Notes: generated by a model from the sequence alone, not told the origin. DNA of 64,000 nt from Antedon mediterranea (GCF_964355755.1 NC_092670.1:18090795-18154794), one strand, 5' to 3'; positions 12,941-26,900 are shown, numbered from the stretch's first letter. Made by a program: numbers and translations.

Positions 12941-15900
12941 GACTCATGTCAGAGAGCGAACGTAAAAATGCCAATGAACAAGTGCTAAAAGTTGCCAGTC
13001 GACGTACCAGTCGCCTAGCACATAAATATGATCATAAAAATGACGTAATAGATTTTTACATCGACTACTACACTAGGGTAACAGTCGATCTAAAAATCTA
13101 AAAGTCATTAGTGACGGCGAGACGACATGCTTTGATGATTTACGATGCAGACGATATGATGATGATGTTATGATCCACCGCGTCGTGATTGGTCAAATTA
13201 CTGTACATGCAGTGCTCGTAGTACGTCATTGCGTTTCGTCCTAGTACAAAATGTTGTCAGCATTTTAACGTCTTGACAATGTATGTTAATTTGTACCCAA
13301 GATTATCATATAATGGGTATTGGTAAGAAGGGAAATCCCCTATTATTTACCGTACAATTAATCTCAATTACTGAACATTTATTAATTTATGACTGTCTTA
13401 CTGTAGTATATCACGTGTAGACTTTATGTAAACTCACACTTTGTATATTGCACTTTGAGTTGACAAACAATACGCGCTACATAAATAAAGGCTTATTTAA
13501 AGGACTTTTACTTAGTATTCAAGTTCATATCAATTTCTACCGGTAGGATACATCCGGAGAAAATACCAATCTGTCCGTTACCGGTATAAATCGAAACTGA
13601 AAATGAATTTATCATATTTTTAAAAGATCTATATGTTCTCGTGGTTTTTATACCCGATTACCCCCATTGTACCAGTACTCTTCGATTTTCTAATGCACGG
13701 GAAGCGACGTTATCTATGACATTACCATTACATCGAGGCCTCTAAGCGCAACGCACTACGCGTGGGCTGGTATGCTGTAGGCCTATAGGCCTACAGTTAT
13801 TAATTCCTGCTAATTAGGCTCCAATCGCTCTCAAATTGAGTACGTCTATATAATATATCATATTCAAACATGTGGGTCCCGATCCGCAAAATGTACAGTA
13901 GTAATAGGTCGCGTTGTGTGGAACAATACGGTTACTGTATATTGGAAATATTCTTTTTTCCAAACTAATAATTAGTAAAAACTAACCTTGACAGTTACTG
14001 TGTGACGGGTAAGACTTATAATACTAAAACCATGCTAAAACAAAGCATTTTATTGTCTGCTGTAGGCCAATGTCAAAGTTTAAAGTATCGGTAATTATCT
14101 TCAACACAGCGGAACACGGATCATATTGTTATATACTGTATTATATTCTATAGAACATATCTTTGAACCAAGTGTACTTGAACCTGCTTTGTGTTTGAGG
14201 AGCACCTAGATAAAAGGTTTTACTTGTGTAAAGTGAAACCCGTACTAACCATGGTCTGCTACCCAAACCCACGAGGCATACACAATAGTCCCATACACAG
14301 GTTTTTTTTTCTTCATTTTCAAGTATCTTTTAATTTGATGAAATAACCTCGATTAAAGTCCATTCACACACACACACACACACACACAACCACACCCATG
14401 TATAACGATTATATAAAGGCCTATACCATGTCTTATCCAGGAAACTTGTAGCGTATTTGTAATGTTTGTAGTCTAGTAGTTTAAAATTTGTAACTTTTTT
14501 CATGTTCTTTGTTCAGTAGCGCAGTGGACGTCTTTTTTTAGACGGATGCTTGCGCTTTACAAATTGCCATTATTATTAATATTATTATTATACGTCTTCC
14601 ATTACCATACCTTATCAATAATTTTGATTAAATTAGTTACCATATTTTCTCTTATACGTCTTGTTCACAAGTATAAGATGGTTAGGTAATGATGTATAGT
14701 TTATTTTCAGTCAAGTTTGTAAAACACCAAAAGTTCATACATTCAGCTCTAAAATGTATAACATTGTCGTTCCTAGTGCATCTGAATTATTATGGTGGAA
14801 GTTTGGAGGGAGGCGGGTGCATGGTAGGGCCATTAATTTGCGTTTATCTACGATTGTTGTGTATATTCTTTATTCAAGTTATATACTTGTTACGAAGAAT
14901 AAAGTTAGAAGCATGCAACCAACTAATCATTAGTTAGTGGATATATAGAGGACCCCCTAATAAACAAGAGGCATACTATTTTATAGTGGCGGATCTGAAT
15001 GAATACCAATACGCTGGAAAAAAGAAATATGATGTTACGGTATAATAAGGTGTAGAGATCTTATACACCTTATCGACTCTTTGACCATGTATCGACTTCT
15101 GTCGACATATGGCCATCCGCAAACAAATTCACAATAGAACTTTGCGATCTATTTTACCTGTATTGTATTCATTTTCAACAAAATGTTATTATTGTAGTGT
15201 TATGTTAATCTCGATCCATTCATACCTGTATTTACAACATTGTTCTTTCCGCTTCAGTGTCTTTTATAACTTCCGTGTTTCTATTAAACTTACCTTGTTT
15301 AGCAAAAAGGGTTTGTTCTGATAACTTCCTATTAACTTTCCAGATATATAATTCCACGAGAATATTGAATTAAACCACCAAAGTACCGATTCTTGGTCGG
15401 CTTGTTAGGCCTATAAATGAAGTCGCTGAAGAATACCTTGTGCCAATACTAATCACGATCAATAAGTGCTGACTAGTTGATCATTAAACCGATTCGTGAA
15501 AACGAGCCTATGACGTGAATTGATGGTAAATAAAAAGCGATTCTTTGATAACAACAATATATGCTCAGTCATGCGTTGGAATGTATACAAAGTACAATTG
15601 GGCGCAGCTAGCAGCCACTGACTCAATCCCGGTACTGTTGTCACCTCATCCTTACAGGTGAACACGGAACTGTATTAGTATAATTCTAAAAATAACTCAA
15701 TTTTAGTAGGTACCTATAGATCTTTACCGTATACGAGGATATCCCAATAACAGATAAAGGCTTAAAATAAATGGGCGTGGCCGGATCATTTATCTCATTA
15801 AAGGTTGCAGATATCAAAATGGGTGGGGTTAGGATTATGAAAGGAACATACGTAGGCATACGCATTTATGGGTGAACCCCATAACATTTTGGTGATATTT

Positions 15901-17690
15901 TATTAGCCTATATGGATGGTGTGGCGTAGGCCTACCTCATTTTATTTTCGCGAACGTCACTCCGTCGTCATTTTATTTTCGGGGTCATACTAATCTACGC
16001 CCGGTACCGCCCGTAATAATGTACATGATATTTTTAATTTATCATGAAACCCTACCAGGCGATACCGTGTGTAGATTATTGACCGTATTTTTTTTCGCAG
16101 AACCTTATGGTAGCTGTCCAGCTGTCTATCGATGTTACGAATACTTTCTCTTAACGTCGTATTATCAAACTTTATGTGACAAAATAATGTGATGTCATCT
16201 GACTACCATATTTAGGCATACGTATTTTGGCACATCACACTTTTTTTGTCAAACTAGTTTGATAGTGTAAACAGAGATTTATATAACTACAAATTAAAGC
16301 AACAAATCACATTATTTATATGTGTAGCCCTTTTATTATTGGGCTTAATTAAAGTAAGATAGAATACATTCTACTTTACTGTATTTGATTTTCTCCGTCT
16401 TTTGTCGTTCCTTATATCTAATGATTCCTGATTTTAGCTACTATATTATTATAAGTCAGGAAAGGGTTTAACGCGAACAGCATCTAGAGTGGTAGTTTTA
16501 CAGGAAAACCCCGAAAATTCAGCGTGTACACATTTAGCTACTATATTAAAAGTTAGAAAGGGTTAATAACGCTAACAGCGGGGTGACGATGCTGTTGTTT
16601 ATTTATAAAATTCCATAAATCGATTAATTATTTCAGACAAAAGAATGTACTGTACATATCTAGAGTATCCATACAATGTTTTAACCAACTACATACTTAG
16701 TATTGTAATATTATAGTTATGTAATATTAGTTTAGATTTAATATTCGCAAAAACAAAACATTTTGCCAAACATGACATTTTCTCATTCTGCACTAATCAA
16801 TAGAAATTATATATAGAAAACAAAAAGAGTTGACGAAATTCAGGAATTTGATAAAGTTAGTAACACTACTATTAATTTAATAGAGAACACATATGGTGGA
16901 CAAAATATGGATATGAATATGGAATAACAATGTATTCAATATTAAATGATGTAATCATTATGATAAGTTATTGATCAGATATACATTGTGCCAGTTCTGC
17001 GGTACATTTCATTTCGATACCTGAGCTGCACTAATAATAAGATCAAAACAGTACTGTCTGCAGATTGGATATGTTACATGTATGTATATCAGCAACTTTT
17101 ATTTCTGTATGTTTCAGTTACCACTTTGGGATAGTGAAGTTACTTGCAATCATTCCTTTATTCAATAGACTTACTAAAAGTAGTTTTAGAGGGACATCTG
17201 CATTAAAGGGCTATCTGTATTAAAGGGACGCCTATGTTAAAGGGACACCTGTATTAAATGGCCACATGTTAATTAAAGAGAAAAGTAAACTCAGAGATAA
17301 CCTAAGTAACATAAGTACATATTATTAATTGTTATTATTAATTAAATTTAGCCCAAAATGAAGGTAAAATGTCCTGAATACGGCAGATTCACTTTATACT
17401 GTAACTACTGAATACTGCTCAATCTTTTAAAAATAACAAAATTAAACTGTGTAGTGTAATGTACGGTAATTATTTTATAAGATCATTCACTGAATATATA
17501 CATACGTACCAATTACAAGTGTATTCAGTTGTTATTTGGTCTTTTGATTACAGATAAGGACAAGTTTTTTAATATTGCAGGCTCAGTTACAGTTTCTCTG
17601 TACAATCGGTACTATTACCATCACTCTGGCCCTCACCTCAATATTTGTTTCCACACCTTTGTATAGATGAAAACGTTCTCAAATCCCAAG

Positions 17691-19870
17691 TCATGTGACT
17701 TCCTTTCCACCATTCTGTAACTTCTGTTTGACGGAGGTCAGCAGACAATGCTGGACAATAGGATATAACCTTTGACATCCTTCAATGCAACTCTGCATAC
17801 CCTGATAATCAAAAGAACAGAACATTTTATAAAAGAATTTATGGAGATATGCTTATAGACTAAAAAGTCTTTGACCTAACTTCTGACCTGAATGACCTTT
17901 GGAAATGTAAACCACAAATGCTGTGCTAACTAGTGAAAATACTTACCTGTATTGACGCTTCCACATCTAGTTCTCCTTCTTGCAAAAAGGCCGAAATTTG
18001 GTTGATAGAGGGCAGTAGACACACTGTGGTTTGACCGATATTGTTTTCAGAATCTTCTTTGACCTTCATTATTAATTGTTCCTCGTCAAAAGTCGGGTCA
18101 ATTAAACTTAATTCTCCAAGTTGCTTCTAATAAACATAAATCAATATTAAATTTCGAAAAATTGGTATTTTTTTTCAATGAGTCTTGACACAAAAACGCC
18201 TTTGCTATTAAAAACCCTTATCTTACTACAACTTACCACTGAGCATCCTATAGCCACATCATACATATCAATACCAGCATTTGCCACAGCGACAGACGCA
18301 CACGTCAACGCTGCTGCCAAACCTGAAATCACAAATGGTATGAATATTATCAACACTTTTCCTTTATTACAGTACAGCAGAATACCTATTAACCAGACAC
18401 ATCAGGTGTCCCCTTAATAATGAAGGTTTTCATTGAATACAGGTTGGCCTTAGTGTTAAAGAATATATTATTGCAAATTGTTCATTTCATGGGAAAACTT
18501 CTAATTATCTTTGTTTAAAAATTAATTGTTAATGTAAAATAAATATATTTTCCTTACAACTTCCTCCTTCCTCAAGTACTGTCACAAATATGTCAACTTG
18601 AGCTTTAGGAAATTTACTCTGAAATGAGAGATAAAAAAAAAAATTATTTACACATACATTACATATTATACATTTACTATGATGTAAATAGGTAATTTAA
18701 AGTGATATAAAGTTTGAGTTTGTGTGGCACTTAAATACTAGAGCATTCTTTGGGTGGGGTTTAACTGGTAATATACATCCATCATCATCTTCTGCATAAC
18801 TTTAGCAAATAAAATCGTAAGCTCTGTCTACACTAGTTTGCCAAATATGATATGATAGTGATGTGTCAAAATATGATAGTGATGTGCCCAAATATGGTAG
18901 TGGTATGACATCAAAATGTCCATATAATTATGGGCAAATCACATTTTTTTGTCACATAAAGTTTGATAGTGTAGACAGAGCTTTAAGGAAAGTCTTACAA
19001 GGCAGACAGCAGGTGATAGTGCTTGCTGGATGATGACAGAATAATCTTTTTCTTCTCCGTCACTTTGATGTTGACGACGAATCCGACATGCAAACGTGGC
19101 AAACTTAAATTCGCACCGTAGCTGTCCATTCATCTGGAAATCTTCCCTGCGTGTGACCTCATGTGGCCCGTAAACTGCACACATCACCTTCGTTTTATCA
19201 ACCTCCATATATGCGGAGCCTTTCGATTGGCTGACAACTCCACCTTTTAAAACTAAAAAATTATCATTTTTGTTTAATGTACAGTAGGCATATTGTTAAT
19301 TTATTAGCGTTATTACTAGCTAGCCAAAAACATTTTTTGTTTATTTTTAAAACAGAAAAATGTATTATTTATATTGTTAGAAAACATTAAATATTGATCA
19401 GTAGTAGAAGTAATAGTTTATTTTTTAATAATTTTTATTAATTTTTTTGGGTATTTAATTTTAAATTCACTCACAAACGGGTCGAAGTTCATCTGGTTTT
19501 CTTCCATCATGTCTTTTGAATTTTTTACCAACCTGAAAGTAAAGTAATATTACAACATACTGTATTATCTATGAAGTTGTGCAGTATCAGCTTGTGGTGG
19601 GAGGAATAAGTTGAACACTGCCTGCTGTTATTCTGTCGTTGTGGTCACGGTGCATCGGCCTAAATTAAACGACGTAGCCTAGCTAGCTAGGCCGGATCTA
19701 GGCCAGACTCAATTTAGCAAGGGCCAAGGCTAGATTTAGGCCTACAATTTTGTTATGGGTATATTAATATTACAGAAATGACTCACAGTTATTGGTTTTT
19801 CCTTTTCTTTGTAAAACCATTGATAAGGTTGTGTAGAATCTGGACCTGGAACTCGTTTTGTATCAGGCAT
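17691..19870 (-). CDS. EXOSC6: Exosome complex component MTR3 (RNase PH-like)
   Basis: Seven exons: 19787-19870, 19475-19532, 18999-19252, 18558-18618, 18237-18322, 17947-18126, 17691-17801, all phase-consistent. N-terminus MPDTKRVPGPDSTQP is MTR3-type; RNase PH motifs RHDGRKPDELRP, GSAYMEV..TKVMCAVYGP, FPKAQVDIFVTVLE. Confidence 0.93.
18820..18982. mobile_element. MITE family A copy in an EXOSC6 intron
   Basis: gctctgtctacact...agtgtagacagagc termini. Confidence 0.8.
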
Positions 19871-20012
19871 GTTTTTTTTTGTAGAACAGCGCCCCCAATA
19901 TTGCAACCTTCTTAGTCGACTCAACCAAATTTCAGGGTATGTACGGCCCGACTCGAACCACTTATAATTAGCGAAAGGCCAATTTCAAAGTATTTGAAGG
20001 CCACAACGAGAG

Positions 20013-23000
20013 GAGGTATATTCAGGGCGTCATTCTGACGATGGAGCATTCTCTACTTCTCTACGGAGCGCCATTTATGCCTTTATTTACTTCCGAAATA
20101 GAAATAGTACTACGGTAACTGCTCAAGTGGATCACATTTGGCACCGGTGGAGCACAGTGATGTAGAATAGAAATAAATCACTAAATTAAATATATTTTCA
20201 TATATTAATACACTGTGCTCAAGTAGACCAAATTTGGCACCAGTGGAGCACACTCAGTAGTGATATAAAATACAAATAAAGTCATTGAATTTTAATATCT
20301 TTTTGTATGTTAATACACTGTGCTTAATTGAACCCAATTTTCTGGGGAGCACAGTGGTATATAAAAATAACGTCACTAAATTTTGATAAATTTAAGAAAC
20401 AACAATATCCTTTGTGTTCCCTTTAGCAGAGTCAATGTTCTGTAAAATGGTTAGGCCAACATCAGTAGATTAAGTTTATCTTATAATAGTTTAGTCCAGG
20501 CCCATCCCCATATCGACTTTTTAAATTCCAATCTTTATCTGTTTCGTCGTAATTTAAGTGTTTCTGAGTTGTTGTAATTATTGTCTTTGTATCTGTTAAA
20601 CCAAGCTGTAAGTGGCGGATTTGTTTGTGCTGTTGTTTCTGGTTTAAAAAACTAGAGACTTAATATTTAATTTCGTATTTCAATGAATAGGTGCACTTTC
20701 CGGAGACAAGCTCTCAATTTAAAAGAAATTGAATTTATTATTTTTATTGCAGGTGTACGAAACGGTTTGGTATGCCGTGCGTTGTTAAGCAATGGTTGTG
20801 CAGGTGAAGATGCTATTGTTAGTCATTCGCGGTCAACACGCCACACTGTTAAATTTAGATGTTCTTAAATCAATGTTGCTACATTTGGTAGCGAAATGTC
20901 CGATTCATGCAAGATATTGTATTGTAATATGTTATGAATACACGTTTATGGTAGTTGGTGTGTATGGCCGCACCGTCCCAGAATAAACATGTTTTAAACA
21001 GATAGTTTGTCTCCGATGGTTTCTGTATGGGGTTAATGGAGAGTGAAATAAGATAAAATATAGAACATTAGCATATATGGCGATTTCTAGACCAATTTCG
21101 AAGCATAGACTAATTCTGCCGCCGGACTAGGCCTTAAACATATACGAAGTCGAGTTTAAAGTAAAAAACCCCAGCTAAAATTTTGAAGTCGCATCCGGAT
21201 AGTTGAAATTTTAACATTATCATATTTATCATAGGTGATTATGTATAGTAATAAGTACAAGTGCAATTCTGAGCTCTGTTTTCATTATTATAGCTCTGCC
21301 CCAACGGTGGGCTAGTACTGGAGGCTTAATATTTAATTTCATATTTCAATGAATAGGTGCACTTTCTTATATAATTTATTTCATATAATTTCAAATCATG
21401 TAAAGTGCCATTTTTTCAGGCTGGAACCTATGCAGCTCTATTTTTCAAAATTGTCTTCGCTCAGCCCCAAAAATGGTAGGGCACTGAAGATTCTTATACA
21501 TGTTGTTAAAAAAAATAATAGATGTCATTTCCGGGGACCTTGCAGCTAAACAGTTTGGTATGCCGTGCGTTGTTATGCAAATGAGTTTGTGCAGGTGTAT
21601 TATGGGGAAGATTCGCGGTAAACACGCCACACTGTTAAATTTGATGTTGTTAATCTTTACATTAGAAAATTGTTCATTCAAATCATGTAAATAAAACATT
21701 TTCCGGGCGGGAACCTAGCAGCTCTTCTCTTTTAGTTTGCAAAAGTAATCTCGAAAAGAACTCCATGTGGAAAAGAAGCCCACCCAAGAGTAATAAAAAT
21801 GAAGGAGCACATGAGCTTCTTTTCGAGGTTTATGGCAGTCTATTTAATGGAAAATAATGCCATGCTACTTTGTTTTTTATTTTAAAAAGGTTCACTTGTT
21901 TAGGCCTGACATTTACAACCCTTAAAATATCTCTCTTTCAAAATAAAAAAAAAACAATATTTATTTTCAATTCCAAAAAAAAAAAGTATCCGTAGAGTTT
22001 CGAACCCAACCGACTAGAGCTGAGAGCATCCGAACCTGAGCATTACCCGTTCGGTCACAAAGTAGTACATGACTGAACAGCTGATAATAGTCTATTTATA
22101 CGTGTATTACGTAATTCATCATTACGTCATAAATATCCTATTAACCTTGTTAAAACCAAAATCGCCAGTTAGCTCACGTATGTCGTGGGTTCGATTCCCA
22201 CGCTGGTTGGTGGAATAGAGTTAAGGCTATGCGAGCCACTGTGTTTGGGGTTCACAGATCACACGTCCCCCTTTCCACCACACATCATGAGGCGACAACA
22301 TCAATGCATCTGGTGATGTGCTGGAAACGACCCCAAAAGGCTGGCAGGGCCTTAGTGCTGAGGCAGGGAGAGCACATTTAACATCTTTTTTAAAATTTTT
22401 GTTTTCAACTTGTTTTCGATCTCGTAAATTTTATGTTTGCCGCCCTAAATTTTAAAAGAAATTGAATTTATTATTTTCATCGCAGGTGTACCAAACGGTT
22501 TGGTATGCCGTGCGTTGTATGCAATGGTCACGTGCAGGTACGTGTAGTGGGCCGGAAAGATGCTATTGTTAGTCAACACGCCACACTGTTAAATTTTGAT
22601 TTTGTTAATCAATGTTGCTACATTGGTAACAAAAAAGATAATGTAAATACACGCAACCCGTGTCATTCCCGTGTTATGAATCAGGTGTGAAAAGGAAATT
22701 TATCCGGACACGACACAGGTTTGTTATAAGCTCGGTGGTGTAAAAGGGGTAATATATAGCAAGTTTGAAATATTTTTGAAGTATTTCCAGAAGTTTTTCT
22801 CGATGTTTTAAATACGAAAAGATATTAACATTCAGTGACTTATTTATATCACTGTGCTTCACTGGTGCCAAATTGTGTCCACTTGAGCACAGTGTATTAA
22901 CATACGAAAAGATATTCAATTCAATTCAATTCATATTTATAATGCGCCGAATTCTTTCCAAAAAGATAAGTTCTAAGGCGCAACGCCAGAACCGCTAGCA

Positions 23001-23280
23001 CTCGTGAAATATGATTTCAGATGCCTTTTAAACATATAATTGAAACTTAAGCGACTTCAAATTAGGTCCACTTGAGCACACTGTATTAACATACGAAAAG
23101 ATATTGAAAGTAGTGACTTATTTCTATTTTATCACTGTGCTACCCTGGTGCTAAATTGGGTCCACTTGAGCAGTTACCGTAGTACTATTTATATTATTGA
23201 AGTTAATAAAGGCATAAATGGCGCTCCATAGAGAAGTAAAGAATGCTCCAGTCGTCAGAATGACGCTCTGAATATACCTC
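20013..23280. mobile_element. 3.27-kb non-autonomous foldback-type DNA transposon with long TIRs and 7-bp TSD
   Basis: Left end GAGGTATATTCAGGGCGTCATTCTGACGA... mirrored by ...TCGTCAGAATGACGCTCTGAATATACCTC; TIRs of roughly 350-450 bp contain repeated gctcaagtggac/ggcaccagtggagcacagtga units; ACGAGAG duplicated at 20006-20012 and 23281-23287. No transposase ORF seen. Confidence 0.88.
22165..22390 (+). mobile_element. tRNA-derived SINE-like insert inside the foldback element
   Basis: B-box GGTTCGATTCCC at about 22188, GC-richer body, ends in a T run. Confidence 0.5.
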
Positions 23281-23657
23281 ACGAGAGTAGGCACAAAGCG
23301 TGTGTGGCCGGTGTCGTGTCTGATTTTATTGTCTGAACTAGGCCTAGCAAATTTGGCATTTTAAGTGTTTTTATAGACTTTGTAAGTAAGTAAATTAGGC
23401 CATCTTTGACTTTAGTAATTAAACGTACAGGCATCTTAGACAGCAACTATCATATTGCGTTGCATTGTATGTTCTTCGAGTCTGGGTGGGTACGTTGGGT
23501 CTCACTCAGAGTCAGGGATTACCAGAGTCAGGCCTAGCCTACTCCATGTTTTTTTTTTTTTTGTGGGTAGGGCCTCTCTTGCTGCAGTGGACGGTTGTTT
23601 GTTGTGTGCAATAAAAGGGCGAGGGTTGATGGGATGAATATCTTTTTTTGGTATAAC

Positions 23658-23691
23658 CATGGAGCTATAAAATTAATTTTATAGCTCCATG
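23658..23691. mobile_element. 34-bp perfect palindrome with 7-bp TSD (P-element-like excision footprint or micro-MITE)
   Basis: GTATAAC|CATGGAGCTATAAAATT-AATTTTATAGCTCCATG|GTATAAC. Confidence 0.75.
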
Positions 23692-23933
23692 GTATAACAC
23701 TGTACATTATACAGTTAATTACAAATCAATTCACTTATATTATTATGTAATAATAATTTATACTACTATCATATCAATCTCGTAGGAAATAAAGATTTTT
23801 TTATACAGTAATTAAATTTTTAAAAAGTCTGGAAGGATCTGCTGGTATATATAACATAATATATGATTCCTTTAATGTGGTACTGGTAGTGTATGACGAC
23901 ATTTTAAACACTTTATTATTTATTTAGTTTATC

Positions 23934-26900
23934 ATGAAGCTTCTAACCTTGATTTATATGGGTTTACTCATATTCACGTTCGTCGATGGTATTCAGAAAG
24001 GAGCGGATGTTGAAGATAATGAGTTTGCCGAATTTGAAGATCTTGATGATGAAGAAGAAGCAACAGTTGAGGACGAGGGAGATGCTGCGTTCGAGGAGTT
24101 TAATGAAGAAGAGACAAACGAACAAGCTGCCAATGAAGAAGACTCTGATTTTACAACTGGTGACAACCTTGAGGTGCGTGCCCATATGAACATTGTCTAA
24201 AATTTCATTTTATTTTAATTTGTGCAAATGTAAAATTTTCACTTGGATTGGTTTTGAAACATTTTTTTTTTACTATAAATTTTGTTTATTTAATCACACT
24301 CTGGTTTTCAACAAGACCAGTCAATTCTGGCGTATGAGTGTACAATATAATATAGTAGTTATTAAAATAAACACAATACTCCACTTTATATTTGTTTCTC
24401 ATATTAAAAATGTTTTGTTTGAATTTTTTTTTGCATCTTATAGTTAAAATTGTATTGTATATATAATGTATTTTTTGTCTTCAGGATGATGAATTTGATG
24501 AGGATGAGTTTGAAAACATTGAACCTTTGAAGGGAGTCAACAAAGACGCTGACCTGAAGATTAAAGATGTAAGCAAATTAAATATTCATGAGCTCTAGTG
24601 AATATTCATAAACATATATTAATATTCATTGCTTATAGAGTAAAACCTCTTATTTCAAGCATACAATTAGTATCGTAGTTATTTGTTCCATTTAATAACA
24701 ATTATTTGGGCTTGAATCAAACAAGCAGAGGCTTGCCGGTCTAAAGGTAGATCCAGCCTAGTGATCTGGTGGGCATGTGTTCAAGTCCCACCTGAGATCT
24801 GATTTTCCCCCTACAATTTAAGTATGTTAAAATATCTTTGATAAGATCCTCATTCTTTTTTCTTTCAGGTACCTCTTCATTTCCGCACCAACTGGGATAG
24901 CTATTACCTTGAGTTCATAATGGTAGCTGGCGTCTTGTCCTATGTGCTAAATTATTTGACGGGTAAAAACAAAAATAACAAATTAGCAACAGCCTGGTAA
25001 GTACCATAGTAAATGTCTAGTATTAATCTTAGTTTATGTTGTCTAGCCACTTTGATTATACTCATAATTAAAAACATAAAGTCTAACTTCATCCATAGAG
25101 GCCCAGATAAACACAGGGTTATCCTACCCTGGGACTGTGCACATAAAAAACACAAATTGATAAAATACAATACATAAATATATCATTTGAAAAATAAAAT
25201 AAATTAAGCCTACTTAGGTTTTTGAAAAAGTATTTTATTCAGATTAATTATCTTGACAGGTTTCGAGTACATAAGGAGGTTCTTGACAGTAACTTTTCAA
25301 TAGTTGGAGACGATGGAAGCGGAGATACGGTCCAGAACGGTGTTCTGATGAAGGATAGTGAGAGTAGATACCTGATCTGGTGCTCAGGACGAATATACTG
25401 TGAAGGCATGCTGGTGGAGCTCAATGTAAATCTATTTTATAATGTTCTATAACTAACTCGGTATTCACCAATCACTCTTGGTCGATGTTTCCATTTGGTC
25501 GATGTTTCCATTTGGATGGTTTGGAATCTATACACACTATAAGAACATATTAAGATTTGGCAAAGTTTTCATTTTGGACATTTTACTTTTACCAAAGAAT
25601 ATACAGTACTCCCTATATATTCTTTCTTACTATAAGAGTATTGTCAAACTTCATGTTTTTTTACACACAGTTTTTAAAGAGGCAAGACTTAGTGAGCGTT
25701 ATGGCAAAGATGATGAGACCAACATCAGATGAAGTTGTAAGTTTATAATGTTCTTTAATTTATTTTCTTACATCATCATCATTACAAGATGCAATAGGTT
25801 TTTTTAAAGTGCACACGAGCCAGATATGTATACACTGGACCTTAGTTAGAGGAGTTGGACCTGTGCCAATTTTATGGCTGTGGTGTGTGGCGCTCCAGCC
25901 TTAAAACACCCTGGCCACTTGGCTTGATACCAGTATATCAAGATTTTTTAACCAAATAATTGAAAGATTTGTTTATATGTTTGTTTATTTTTTATTCATC
26001 TCATTCATTGCCTTTTGTTTTTTTTCTTTCAGAAAATAACTGTGACAATGAGCAAAGAGAACATGGACACATTTGTCTTATTTATTGGCAACAAGAAAAC
26101 TGCATCGAAAATGGGCAAAGAAATGAATGATTTGGTGAGTACCTTTGTCTCTCTAGTTTTATATATTTAGTTTATAAATGTACTTAAACATGATGAGTTT
26201 GTCTTCCATGAAATTGTATTTAAGCTAAACACTTTAAAATATAATATTATTTGTTTTGAGTTTGTGTGCTAAACTCTAGTTCTGTTGTTTTATTTACATA
26301 TGTTATGTCTGAACTGGTATTTAGGTACATTTTAAAACTAATTTTATTCTTGTTTTGGATTTCAGTATAATTTTTGTCCAGAAAGACGTAGTGGTGATAA
26401 ATTTGGTCTTTCATCGTCACTTAGTATTTTAGCAGAAATGGGGGATCTAGCTCAGGGAATAATAGATTCTAAGGTAGGTAGCAACTTTGAGTGAGCTTTA
26501 TCAGACTCTTAAAGCTTGGTTGCCACTAGAGACGCAAACACAATGCAAACAAGTTGACCAATCACAACTGACAGTTTTAATTATCCATCGCTTGTGATTG
26601 GTCAAATCACTTTACATTGTGCTTGCGTCATTAGATGGTGTAGGAACATCAAGGTTCATCAGCCACTTTAGACAGTGTAGCAGCTGAATAGTAATTGATA
26701 GTACTGTACTGATGAAATGAACTACTTATATTATATATATTTATTTTTTTCAGATTCAAAATTGTTTGAATGCATATCCCGAAATGTTTGATTATATGCA
26801 TTTTTCTGATCAGTACTGTGGGTCACGACCTTCCACTGAGTAAGTTTATTATTTTTTATAATTTCTTTTAAGGTGTATTCAACCACCTAGATCGTAATTT

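Noticed and set aside
13048-13100. Short hairpin tagatttttacatcgact...agtcgatctaaaaatcta
   Set aside because: No TSD and no second copy seen; cannot be assigned.
15040-15112. Two small palindromes resembling the footprints
   Set aside because: No flanking direct repeat, so not counted.
24690-24815. tRNA-like sequence in a CCDC47 intron
   Set aside because: Too degenerate for a tRNA call; probably an old SINE head.
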